A stretch of DNA of 64,000 nt from an uncultured Trueperaceae bacterium (lineage in GTDB: Bacteria; Deinococcota; Deinococci; Deinococcales; Trueperaceae), in contig CAWAPF010000009.1 of the NCBI GenBank assembly GCA_963783895.1, forward strand, positions 15,128 to 79,127, read 5' to 3'. Positions 17,361 through 25,270 of the stretch are shown here, one piece after another (position 1 is the stretch's first letter; every line of letters starts with the position of its first letter). The notes under the pieces were generated by a model. The model worked only from the letters and a program-made list of their open reading frames with translations, was not told the DNA's origin and did no database searches. The translations under genes and the position numbers were made by a program.

Positions 17361-19094
17361 TCAGCGTCCGCGGCGGGAAGGACGCCGCAGGAATCCGGGG
17401 ACGGGGGGGCGACGGAAGGCGGGCAACCCGCTCCACAGCAGCCACTCCGCAACCAATGCCAGCAGCGCCAGCGTCAGCAGGATCCAGGCCAGCGAGCTCG
17501 CAGGGGCTTCGCCCAGCAGCGGGCGCGCCTCCCCGCGGGCGGCCCGGGGCGTTCCCTTGCCGTCGCTGACGGGCGGCGCCGGAAGACGCGACTCGGCGTC
17601 GCTGTCGAGGCTGGCCACCACCACGCCGCCGCCCGGCTCGCGGTAGATGCCGGGCCGCAGGGCATACGAGACGGCCGCGCCGTCCAGGCTGGTGCCCGGC
17701 GGCAGCGCCGCACCCAGCGCCACGCTGGCGTCGCCGCGCACCTGACGCAGGTAGTTGGCCACCAGCGCGGGGAACGCCGCACGCAGCACCAGATCGGTCT
17801 GGGTGGGGTTGAACGCGGCCTGCAGCACCCGTACGCCTTCGCTGTCGCGGTAGCGCAACACCGGCTCGAGCTCGGCCGTGCTCGCGAGCGTCTGCCAGCC
17901 GCCGGACGCGGTCCAGGGCGTACGCGCGGGGTCGAGCCCCACCACCACGTCCTGCAGGTCCACGAAGCGCATCAGCGGCGACCCGCGGTCGAACTCTCGC
18001 ACCACCCGGTAGTCCGGCTTGGAGGCAGCCGGCGCGAAGAGCAGATAACTGCCCGGCGGCAGCCCCTGCGGGTCCGCGCGGGTCAGCACGCGCAGGTCGG
18101 CGGGGATCTCCGCGGCGCTGGCGTTCACCCGCACCGTCACGCCGGGCACCGCCGCCAGCGCCTTGATGACCGCCCGGTCGCCGTGCTGCACGACTGCGGT
18201 GACTTGACGGGCGCCCGCGTAGGCCTCGTCGTCGAGGGTGAGGGCATCGCCCGCCGGGGACCCGACCTCCACCCCGACCGGCGGCGTGATGGCCGCGCGG
18301 TACAGGCCGCGGACGTCGGAGAGCGGGAAGGTGATGCTGCCGGTGCCCCCGGCCGGCACCAACACCGAGCCGCTCGCGACGGCTGCGCCGTCGCGAGTGA
18401 GCGATACCTGGACCTGGACGGGACGACGACTGTTCGACACCACCCCCACGTAGGCCTGCTGGAGGCCCAGGTCGAAGGCGCTGATCCCTACGTTGATCCC
18501 GTCCCCGGCAACGTTGTGCTCACGCACCGAGACCCCGCCCACCGCCGGCTGGTCGGTGATCAGCTCCAGCTGGGCCCCGGGCTCGACCGCCTGCCCGATC
18601 GCCACTGCGCGCTCCAGGTCGGCGCTGCGGTCGCCCACCGTGAACTGCTGCAGGGCGCGCCGCACGGCGCCCCGATCGCCGGTCAACGGCACCAGCACGC
18701 GGGCGTCCAGGCCGGCTCGGATGACCGCCACCCGGCCAGCGCCGGCGAGGAGGCCCTCCGCCACCGCCCTGGCCTTGTCGATGCGCACGCCGTCGGCGTC
18801 GCGTGCCGCCATGCTGGCCGAGGCGTCGAGGATGAGGATGCGGTCTGGGGCCACGCCGCCCCGGATCTCGGGGCGCGCCAGCGCGAAGGCGGCGAGCGCC
18901 ACGAACAGCAACTGGGCCAGCAGTAGCCACGTCGGCGAGACGCGCTTCCGACGTTCGGCCACCTGACGCGCACGCTGCCACAGGAACAGCGCCGAGACCT
19001 GGTGGCGACGCCGGCGGGCCCGCACGAAGTGCAGCAGGACAACCAGCGGCAGCGCCAGCAGACCCCACAGGAACTGGGGCGCGGCGAAGCTCAC
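17361..19094 (-). CDS. BatA-like membrane protein with a VWA domain (N-terminal double-TM aerotolerance-type domain)
   Basis: FAAPQFLWGLLALPLVVLLHF.RARRR, a second TM segment, a DASASM MIDAS-like motif and a C-terminal TM segment. GTG start at 19094. Confidence 0.75.
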   Translation of the reverse strand: MSFAAPQFLWGLLALPLVVLLHFVRARRRRHQVSALFLWQRARQVAERRKRVSPTWLLLAQLLFVALAAFALARPEIRGGVAPDRILILDASASMAARDADGVRIDKARAVAEGLLAGAGRVAVIRAGLDARVLVPLTGDRGAVRRALQQFTVGDRSADLERAVAIGQAVEPGAQLELITDQPAVGGVSVREHNVAGDGINVGISAFDLGLQQAYVGVVSNSRRPVQVQVSLTRDGAAVASGSVLVPAGGTGSITFPLSDVRGLYRAAITPPVGVEVGSPAGDALTLDDEAYAGARQVTAVVQHGDRAVIKALAAVPGVTVRVNASAAEIPADLRVLTRADPQGLPPGSYLLFAPAASKPDYRVVREFDRGSPLMRFVDLQDVVVGLDPARTPWTASGGWQTLASTAELEPVLRYRDSEGVRVLQAAFNPTQTDLVLRAAFPALVANYLRQVRGDASVALGAALPPGTSLDGAAVSYALRPGIYREPGGGVVVASLDSDAESRLPAPPVSDGKGTPRAARGEARPLLGEAPASSLAWILLTLALLALVAEWLLWSGLPAFRRPPVPGFLRRPSRRGR

Positions 19095-19447
19095 CGCGAC
19101 CACCCTGCCCGGGGGGCGCCCTTCGTGCGCTCTGCCGCGCGAACGCTGTCCATGTCCGGCCAGTGTAGCGCCCGCCGGCAACGCACGCGGCAGCGCGTGC
19201 AGGCCGCCTCACGCGCCCCGAGACGCCGCCTCACGCAGGCGCGCCGGCGCCGGCGCCGCGGTACCGCGTACGAAGACGCTCTTGCCGTCGGTGGAAGCGG
19301 CGCGGTCGTCCCGCATGCGAGCGGCCTCAACGGCCAAGCGACGCGACCTTCCCCCATCGTGCGGCAGCATGAGGACACGATCGGCGGTCCTGCCGGAATC
19401 GACCGGGACCGCAGACGCGCCAACGAGCGCGCCGCGAAGGGAGCGTC

Positions 19448-19942
19448 ATGGGAACCACGACCTTGCGAGACGACGTCATCCGCCAGCAGCTCGAGGGCCT
19501 GGTGCGCGGGGAGGGTGCCCACGTGAGCGTCGACGGGGCGCTCGAAGGGCTCCCCGAGGCGCTCCGCGGGCGCGTGCCCGACGGCCTGGCCCACAGCGCC
19601 TGGCAACTGCTCGAGCACCTGCGCATCGCCCAGGAGGACCTGCTCCAGTACGCACTCGATCCCGAGTGGACGTCGCCGTCGTGGCCCGACGGCTACTGGC
19701 CGGCCGACCCGCAGCCGGCCTCGGACGCCGCCTGGCAGGACAGCGTGCGCGCCTTCGAGCGTGACCGCGAGCTGGCGCTGTCGCTGGTGCGCGACGCCGA
19801 GCGGGACCTCACCGCGCCCCTGGCGCACACGCCAGGGCACACGCTGCTCCGCCAGCTCCTGCTGGTCGCCGACCACAACGCCTACCACGGCGCCCAGCTC
19901 GTCGACGTCCGGCGCGCGCTGGGGGCGTGGCCCTCCGCCTGA
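19448..19942 (+). CDS. DinB family (DinB_2) metal-dependent protein
   Basis: Four-helix pattern with HSAWQLLEHLRIAQEDLL and LLLVADHNAYHGAQL. Confidence 0.88.
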   Translation: MGTTTLRDDVIRQQLEGLVRGEGAHVSVDGALEGLPEALRGRVPDGLAHSAWQLLEHLRIAQEDLLQYALDPEWTSPSWPDGYWPADPQPASDAAWQDSVRAFERDRELALSLVRDAERDLTAPLAHTPGHTLLRQLLLVADHNAYHGAQLVDVRRALGAWPSA

Positions 19943-19960
19943 TCGAAAGCGTCAGGTCGA

Positions 19961-19995
19961 GACCTGCCGCATCAGACCTGCCGCATCAGACCTGG
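19961..19995. repeat. 14-bp tandem duplication x2.5 (gacctgccgcatca) containing the stop codon of the carboxyltransferase gene
   Basis: Units at 19961-19974 and 19975-19988, with a partial third unit at 19989-19995. Confidence 0.85.
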
Positions 19996-21674
19996 AAGAC
20001 CCCTACACGGAACGGCGGCGGCTCGCTGTCCAGCGCGCACACCTCCAGCGCCCGGATGAGGCGGTGACGCAGCTCGAGCGGCATCACAACGTCGTCGACC
20101 CACAGTCGAGCCGCGCCGTAGCGGATGTCGAGGGCATGCTCGTAGCCGGCGCGGATGCGCTCGAAGAGCTCGGCCAGGGTGTCCTCGTCGGGTTCGGTGC
20201 CGGCTCGAGCGAGTTGTGCCGCCTGGATGTCGAGGATGGTCTTGGCCGCCTGCTGACCGCCCATCACGGCGTAGCGCGCGCTCGGCAGCGCGAACAGGAA
20301 GCGTGGCGCGTAGGCCTTGCCGCTCATGGCGTAGTGCCCGGCGCCGTAGGAGCCTCCCAGGATGACGCTGAGGCGAGGCACGACGCTGTTGCTCACGGCG
20401 TTGACCAGCTTGGCGCCACGCCGGATGATGCCGTCCTGCTCGCTGTCGACCCCCACCATGAAACCGTTGACGTCGTGCAGGAACACGATGGGGATGCCCG
20501 CCTGGTTGCAGTTGAGCACGAAGCGCGCCGCCTTGTCGGCCGCCTCGGCGTAGATGACGCCGCCGACCTCGAGCCGGCCGCGGTTCTTCACCACCCGCTT
20601 CTGGTTCGCCACGATCCCGACCGGGAAGCCGCCCATACGGGCGGTGCCGCACACCAGGGTGCGGCCGTAGCGGGCCTTGTACTCGTCGAACGCCGAGCCG
20701 TCGACGAGGCGGGCGATGATCTCGCGGGTCTCGTAGGGCTGGCTCCCGCCGTCGACCGGCAGCAGGCCCTCGAGGTCCTCGGCCTTCTCCGCCGGCTCCA
20801 GGCTCTCGCGCCGGTCGCGCGCCCAGGCGGCCAGGGCACGGGGCGCGTAGCTCGCGGCGAGCCGGCGCAGGCGCAGCAGGGCATGGGCGTCGTCGGGCTC
20901 GAGGTAGTCCACCGTGCCCGACACCTCGGCGTGCATCACGGCTCCGCCCAGGTCCTCGCTCGTCACCGTCTGGCCGATCGCCGCCTTCACCAACGCCGGC
21001 CCGGCCAGGTAGAGACCCGAGCCTTCGGTCATGACCAGCGTGTCGCACATGACCGGAAGGTAGGCCCCGCCCGCCACGCAGTTGCCCATGATGGCCGCCA
21101 TCTGCGGGATGCCCTGGGCGCTCATGCGCGCGTTGAGGTAGAACACCCGACCGAAGTCGTCCTGGTCAGGGAAGATCTCGTCCTGCATGGGGAGGTAGAC
21201 CCCGGCGGAGTCCACCAGATAGACGGTCGGAAGGCGGTTCTCGAGCGCGATCGTCTGGGCCCGGATCACCTTCTTGGCGGTGATCGGGAAGAACGCACCG
21301 GCCTTGACGGTGGCGTCGTTGGCGATCACCATCCAGGGGCGCCCGTCGATGCGTCCGATCCCCGTCACCACACCTCCGCCGGGCGCGCCTCCCTCGGCCT
21401 GGTACATCTCCCAGCCGGCGAAGGTCATCAGCTCGTCGAAGGGAGCGCCGTCGTCGAGCAGCTTCGCCACACGCTCGCGCGCTGTCCAGCGGCCCTTGTC
21501 GTGCTGGCGCTTGCGCGCCTTGCGCCCGCCACCTTCCGCGACCGCCGCGCGCTGCTCGAGGAGCGTCGCGCCCGCTTCCTTCCAGTCCTTGCGGTTGGGG
21601 CGGTAAGGGGATCGACGGCGGTCCTCCAGCGTGACCTCCGTCGCGATGCGATGGGACGCGCGTTTGCCGGGCAC
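19986..21674 (-). CDS. Acyl-CoA carboxylase carboxyltransferase (beta) subunit, methylcrotonyl-/propionyl-CoA carboxylase-like
   Basis: 562 aa two-domain carboxyltransferase. Motifs include RERVAKLLDDGAPFDEL, GRPWMVIANDATVKAGAF, CVAGGAYLPVMCD and GFPVGIVANQ. Confidence 0.9.
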   Translation of the reverse strand: MPGKRASHRIATEVTLEDRRRSPYRPNRKDWKEAGATLLEQRAAVAEGGGRKARKRQHDKGRWTARERVAKLLDDGAPFDELMTFAGWEMYQAEGGAPGGGVVTGIGRIDGRPWMVIANDATVKAGAFFPITAKKVIRAQTIALENRLPTVYLVDSAGVYLPMQDEIFPDQDDFGRVFYLNARMSAQGIPQMAAIMGNCVAGGAYLPVMCDTLVMTEGSGLYLAGPALVKAAIGQTVTSEDLGGAVMHAEVSGTVDYLEPDDAHALLRLRRLAASYAPRALAAWARDRRESLEPAEKAEDLEGLLPVDGGSQPYETREIIARLVDGSAFDEYKARYGRTLVCGTARMGGFPVGIVANQKRVVKNRGRLEVGGVIYAEAADKAARFVLNCNQAGIPIVFLHDVNGFMVGVDSEQDGIIRRGAKLVNAVSNSVVPRLSVILGGSYGAGHYAMSGKAYAPRFLFALPSARYAVMGGQQAAKTILDIQAAQLARAGTEPDEDTLAELFERIRAGYEHALDIRYGAARLWVDDVVMPLELRHRLIRALEVCALDSEPPPFRVGVFQV

Positions 21675-21675
21675 G

Positions 21676-21984
21676 CTAGCGGACGTGGGTTGCGAGGACC
21701 ACCAGCAGGCCGCCGCCCGCGTTCTCCAGGTGGTGGCGCGTACCGGCCGGCACGCTGACGAGCTTGCCGGTGCCCACGCGGTCGCTGCCGGCGTCGTGAC
21801 GGAGCAGCACCTCGCCCTCGAGCACCTGATACAGGCAGCTCGAGTCGTACGTGTGGTCCTCGTCGCGTTGCCCCGCCTCGAAGCAGTGCAACGTCACGCT
21901 CAGGTCCCCTTCGGTCACCAACTCGCGGTTCTGGACGGCGTCGAGTGAGAAACGGCGAGCGTCGGCGATGGTCACGATGTTCAC
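21676..21984 (-). CDS. Cupin domain protein
   Basis: 102 aa containing the cupin_2 motifs EAGQRDEDHTYD...YQVLEGEV and VPAGTRHHLEN. GTG start with a GGGAGG SD. Confidence 0.8.
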   Translation of the reverse strand: MNIVTIADARRFSLDAVQNRELVTEGDLSVTLHCFEAGQRDEDHTYDSSCLYQVLEGEVLLRHDAGSDRVGTGKLVSVPAGTRHHLENAGGGLLVVLATHVR

Positions 21985-22061
21985 GGTGCTAGACCTCCCT
22001 CAGGTCCCTGCGTCCGGCCCACGTCCCTTGCGGTGCCGGAATTGCGCCCTGGTCGGCGACC

Positions 22062-22090
22062 ATTGTGCGCTGTGTGGATAACCAATGCAA
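22062..22090 (-). promoter_or_regulatory. Candidate promoter for the cupin/carboxyltransferase operon: TTGCAT-N17-CACAAT
   Basis: The - strand reads TTGCATtggTTATCCACAcagcgCACAAT. One DnaA box lies in the spacer and another directly upstream of the -35. Confidence 0.3.
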
Positions 22091-22101
22091 TCTGTGGATA
22101 A
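22073..22101 (-). promoter_or_regulatory. Two perfect DnaA-box 9-mers (TTATCCACA on the - strand), 20 bp apart
   Basis: TGTGGATAA occurs on the + strand at 22073-22081 and 22093-22101. Confidence 0.55.
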
Positions 22102-22111
22102 CTCGGGTCCC

Positions 22112-22141
22112 TTGACAAGGGGCCGAAAGGTCTGGTAGATG
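22112..22141 (+). promoter_or_regulatory. Orphan promoter-like element TTGACA-N18-TAGATG (with a TGg extended -10) pointing at a gene-free stretch
   Basis: The sequence is cTTGACAaggggccgaaaggtcTGgTAGATg. No + strand gene lies downstream. Confidence 0.3.
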
Positions 22142-22236
22142 CCCCGGCCACGCCGCCGAGCGGAGAAACAACGTCCTGGACATACTTTCTAACGCCTCAC
22201 CTGCCAGCAGCGGGCTCTCCGACGCGTACGCGGGAC

Positions 22237-22278
22237 TTCTCCACATACTTGTGGAGAACTCCGCTCGCCTGTGGAGAA
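22237..22278. promoter_or_regulatory. Three 8/9 DnaA-box-like 9-mers (TTcTCCACA); the first two form a perfect palindrome
   Basis: TTCTCCACA at 22237-22245. TGTGGAGAA at 22250-22258 and 22270-22278, 20 bp apart. Confidence 0.45.
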
Positions 22279-22287
22279 GATTGCCTT

Positions 22288-22902
22288 TCACGCCTCACGC
22301 ACGGCCTGGACGAAGGCCCGGACACGCTCGGCGTCCTTGATGCCCGGCTCCGACTCCACCCCGGAGGCGACGTCGACGGCATACGGACGCAGCGCCCGTA
22401 CCCCCTCCCCCACCGTCCCCGGGTCGAGGCCGCCGGCAAGCACGAGCCGCGGGTGCCCTCGCCAGGCCCCGGCGTCCGTCCAACGGAAGGGCCGCCCCGA
22501 TCCCGGCGTGGGAGCGTCGAGCAGGAACGCGTCCGCCGGATAGTCCTCCACCGATGCGGGGGTGAGGTTCGGCTCGAACGCCATCGCCCGCACCACCATC
22601 ACGTCGCCCCGCAGCGCTGCAGCGTAGCTGGCGGGCTCGTCGCCGTGGAGCTGGACCACTCCTAGCTTGAGGCGGTGCACGGCGGCGTGCACGGTGTCGA
22701 GCGGCGCGTCCACGAACACCCCGACGCGCGTGATGAAGGGGCCGAGACCCGCCACGATGCCGGCAGCCGCCGCCAGGCTCACCCTCCGCTTGGAACGCTC
22801 GGCGAAGATCAGGCCAACCGCGTCGGCTCCCGCTCGTTCGGCTACACGCGCGTCCTCGGCCCGCGTGATGCCACAGATCTTGATCCGTACACGCCCGTCC
22901 AT
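22288..22902 (-). CDS. trpF: N-(5'-phosphoribosyl)anthranilate isomerase
   Basis: MDGRVRIKICGITRAEDA...GADAVGLIF...SKR...VQLHGDE...LLDA...GG.G..F.W...LAGGL. An alternative ATG at 22932 overlaps the ppx stop (ATGA). Confidence 0.9.
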   Translation of the reverse strand: MDGRVRIKICGITRAEDARVAERAGADAVGLIFAERSKRRVSLAAAAGIVAGLGPFITRVGVFVDAPLDTVHAAVHRLKLGVVQLHGDEPASYAAALRGDVMVVRAMAFEPNLTPASVEDYPADAFLLDAPTPGSGRPFRWTDAGAWRGHPRLVLAGGLDPGTVGEGVRALRPYAVDVASGVESEPGIKDAERVRAFVQAVREA

Positions 22903-22928
22903 GGCTCCATTATGGTCCCGCCCCGCCA

Positions 22929-24443
22929 TCATGCCCGTCCGTAGCCGGCGACCACCTCGACGCTCACACCCAGCGACGCGGCCATGAGGTCGGAGCGGGC
23001 GGCGGCCTCCCGGATCTCGATCTCGGCGTCGCCGTCGGCGAGCGCCTCCACCTGTAGGTAGCCGGCGCCGAGGTGGCAACGCACGGCGCGCACGCGCTGC
23101 GCTTTGCTGCGCTCCAGGTACTCCGCCAGGCGCAGCATGCCGGCCAGGCGCGCGAGCCGGTCCAGGTCGCCCTCCTCGAGGCTGGAGCCGTAGCCCTGGT
23201 CGCCTGGGGAGCCGCGACGGTGATAGCGCACCAGCAGGGCGATGAGCACCTGCTCGCGGTGGCTGAACCCGGGCATGGCACGCCCCATCACCAGATACAT
23301 GCCGTGCTTGTGGTGAGCGTAGTAGTCCACCGCCATGCCGATGTCGTGCACCAGCGCGGCTGCCGCCAGCAACCCGCGCTCCCAAGCGCCCATGCCGTGA
23401 AGGCTCGCGAGCTGGTCGAAGAGCTGCAGGGCGAGGTGACGCACGTGCAGGTTGTGCGGTGCATTGTCGTAGTACTCCCGCATCAGGTTGAGGGCACTGA
23501 ACTCCCGCACGTCGGGAGCGAGATGGTCACCCTGCGGGAACAGGAACGGGTAGAACAGCCCCTCGCGCAATCCCTGCCCGCTGATGCTCACCTCGTCGAC
23601 CTGCAGAGCGGCCAACGCCTCGGCGATCACGACGCCGCCGGCCACGATGATGTCGGCCCGGTCGCGATTGAGGCCCTTGACGTCGCGGCGCCGGCGCAAC
23701 GGCCGCTGCGCCAGATCCGCCACCAGCTCCTCCAGCGCCTCGCGCTGCAGGCGGTAGCCGTGCAGCAGGTCCGGCCGATAGTCGGTGCGCGACTGCACGA
23801 TGTTGGCGAGGTTGCGCACGGTCCCGCCCATACCCACCACCGGCAGACCCGCCGGCAACTCGGCCAGCCGGGGCGCCAGCTGCTCGCGGACGTGCTCGCG
23901 CAACGCCTTGAGCTCGCGGCCCCTGGGCGGGTCGCTGGTGAGGAAGGCCTCGGTGGTGCGCACCGCGCCCAGCGGCAGGGCACCGCCCTGCACGAAGCGG
24001 CGACCGCGCAACCGGCTGAGCTGCATGCTGCCGCCCCCGAGATCGAAGACAGCGGCGTCCTGCACGTCGAAGCTGTTGGCGACCGCGAGCGCCCCGTACT
24101 CCGCCTCCTGCTGGCCGGTGAGGACCTCGATCTCGATCCCGGCCCGCTGCCGCGCCGCCTCGACGAACGCCTCGCCGTTGACCGCGGCGCGCACCGCACT
24201 GGTGGCGGTGGCGCGCAGATCGTCGATGCCGACGGCGTCACAGTAGCCTCGGAACGTGCGGAGCGCCTCCAGGCCGCGCTCGAACGGCTCGGCGCGGAGG
24301 ATGCGCGAGGACCCCATCCCCTCGGACAGCCGCACCACCTCTCGCAGCTCGTCGAGCAACTGGAAACGGTAGTCCGCCTCGTAGAGCAGCACCACCAGGC
24401 GGGCGGTGTTGCTGCCGAGATCGATGATGCCGACGCTGCGCAC
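22929..24443 (-). CDS. ppx: Exopolyphosphatase / guanosine pentaphosphate phosphohydrolase family (Ppx/GppA) with a C-terminal HD domain
   Basis: Begins VGIIDLGSNTARLVV, has the DLGGGS ASKHA motif, and a C-terminal LAAAALVHDIGMAVDYYAHHKHG HD-type region. Confidence 0.9.
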   Translation of the reverse strand: MRSVGIIDLGSNTARLVVLLYEADYRFQLLDELREVVRLSEGMGSSRILRAEPFERGLEALRTFRGYCDAVGIDDLRATATSAVRAAVNGEAFVEAARQRAGIEIEVLTGQQEAEYGALAVANSFDVQDAAVFDLGGGSMQLSRLRGRRFVQGGALPLGAVRTTEAFLTSDPPRGRELKALREHVREQLAPRLAELPAGLPVVGMGGTVRNLANIVQSRTDYRPDLLHGYRLQREALEELVADLAQRPLRRRRDVKGLNRDRADIIVAGGVVIAEALAALQVDEVSISGQGLREGLFYPFLFPQGDHLAPDVREFSALNLMREYYDNAPHNLHVRHLALQLFDQLASLHGMGAWERGLLAAAALVHDIGMAVDYYAHHKHGMYLVMGRAMPGFSHREQVLIALLVRYHRRGSPGDQGYGSSLEEGDLDRLARLAGMLRLAEYLERSKAQRVRAVRCHLGAGYLQVEALADGDAEIEIREAAARSDLMAASLGVSVEVVAGYGRA

Positions 24444-24515
24444 GAGGGCAGTATGGCACGCATGGCGAACCCGCCCGGCCGCGCCCTGGCGGGCCGGGCG
24501 CGACCTCGGAGGACG

Positions 24516-24875
24516 TCAGAGGACGTCGCGCAGGTGCTCGAGGCGGGCGGCACCCTCTTCGCCGAGCACCACGATGGCGTCGAAGCGCGTGCGCGCGTCG
24601 GGATCAGCGAGGCGCGTTGCCAGGTAGTGGCGCGCCGTTCGCCGCAAGCGCTCGAGCTTGCGGCGATCGAGGGTCTCGGCCGGATGCCCGTAGCGTTCGC
24701 TGCGGCGCTGGCGCACTTCGACGAACACGACCGTGGCGCCGTCGCGGGCGATGACATCGATCTCGCCAGCTCGCACGGCGTAGTTGGCCTCCAGCACCAC
24801 CCAGCCCAGTCCTTCAAGGTGGCGCCGGGCGAGCTCCTCGGCCCAGTGCCGCGCTGGTGCCTCCCCGGGCGCCAA
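24516..24875 (-). CDS. yraN: YraN family (UPF0102) endonuclease-like protein
   Basis: AEELARRHLEGLGWVVLEANYAVRAGEIDVIARDGATVVFVEVRQRRS. The TTG start at 24875 is tentative. The rest of the tracked 304-aa ORF overlaps rsfS out of frame. Confidence 0.75.
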   Translation of the reverse strand: MAPGEAPARHWAEELARRHLEGLGWVVLEANYAVRAGEIDVIARDGATVVFVEVRQRRSERYGHPAETLDRRKLERLRRTARHYLATRLADPDARTRFDAIVVLGEEGAARLEHLRDVL

Positions 24876-24883
24876 GATCCGCG

Positions 24884-25270
24884 TCAGGCGGGGGTGACCT
24901 GCACCCGCCGCGCGTCGGCCCAGAGTCCCTCGATGTCGTAGAAGGCGCGGGCCTCGGGACTCATGATGTGAGCCACGATGCCGCCGAAGTCGATGAGGAC
25001 CCAGCGGTCGCTGGGCCCCTCCACGCCGCGCGGGGGGAAGCCGTGCTGCTTGAGGCGCTCCCGCACGGCGTCCTCCAGCGCGCGAAGCTGGAGGTGCGAC
25101 TCCCCGGTGGCGACGATGAAGTAGTCGAGCGTGGCCGAGACCTCGGTGAGGTCCAGCACGACGATGTCCTTGGCGCGGCGGTCGTCGAGCGCATCGACGA
25201 CGAGCTGCACCTCCTGCGGTACGGCGGTGCTCTTCTGCAACGTCCCTCCCTCGCCGGCGGGCCCGGTCAT
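24884..25270 (-). CDS. rsfS: Ribosomal silencing factor RsfS
   Basis: DDRRAKDIVVLDLTEVSATLDYFIVATGESHLQLRAL...WVLIDFGGIVAHIMSPEARAFYDIEGLW. Confidence 0.9.
   Translation of the reverse strand: MTGPAGEGGTLQKSTAVPQEVQLVVDALDDRRAKDIVVLDLTEVSATLDYFIVATGESHLQLRALEDAVRERLKQHGFPPRGVEGPSDRWVLIDFGGIVAHIMSPEARAFYDIEGLWADARRVQVTPA

Noticed and set aside
22062-22278. Calling the DnaA-box cluster the chromosomal replication origin (oriC).
   Set aside because: There are only five boxes, no obvious AT-rich 13-mer unwinding element and no dnaA/dnaN nearby. There is no visible switch of gene orientation at this position, and I could not compute GC skew. It is kept as a DnaA-box cluster of unknown role and not called an origin.
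22903-23385. The upstream 160 codons of the 365-aa ORF containing trpF. Likewise the upstream 185 codons of the 304-aa ORF containing yraN (24876-25430).
   Set aside because: Both extensions overlap ppx and rsfS respectively, in other frames, and are Arg/Gly/Pro-rich. The recognisable TrpF and YraN sequences begin at internal start codons.
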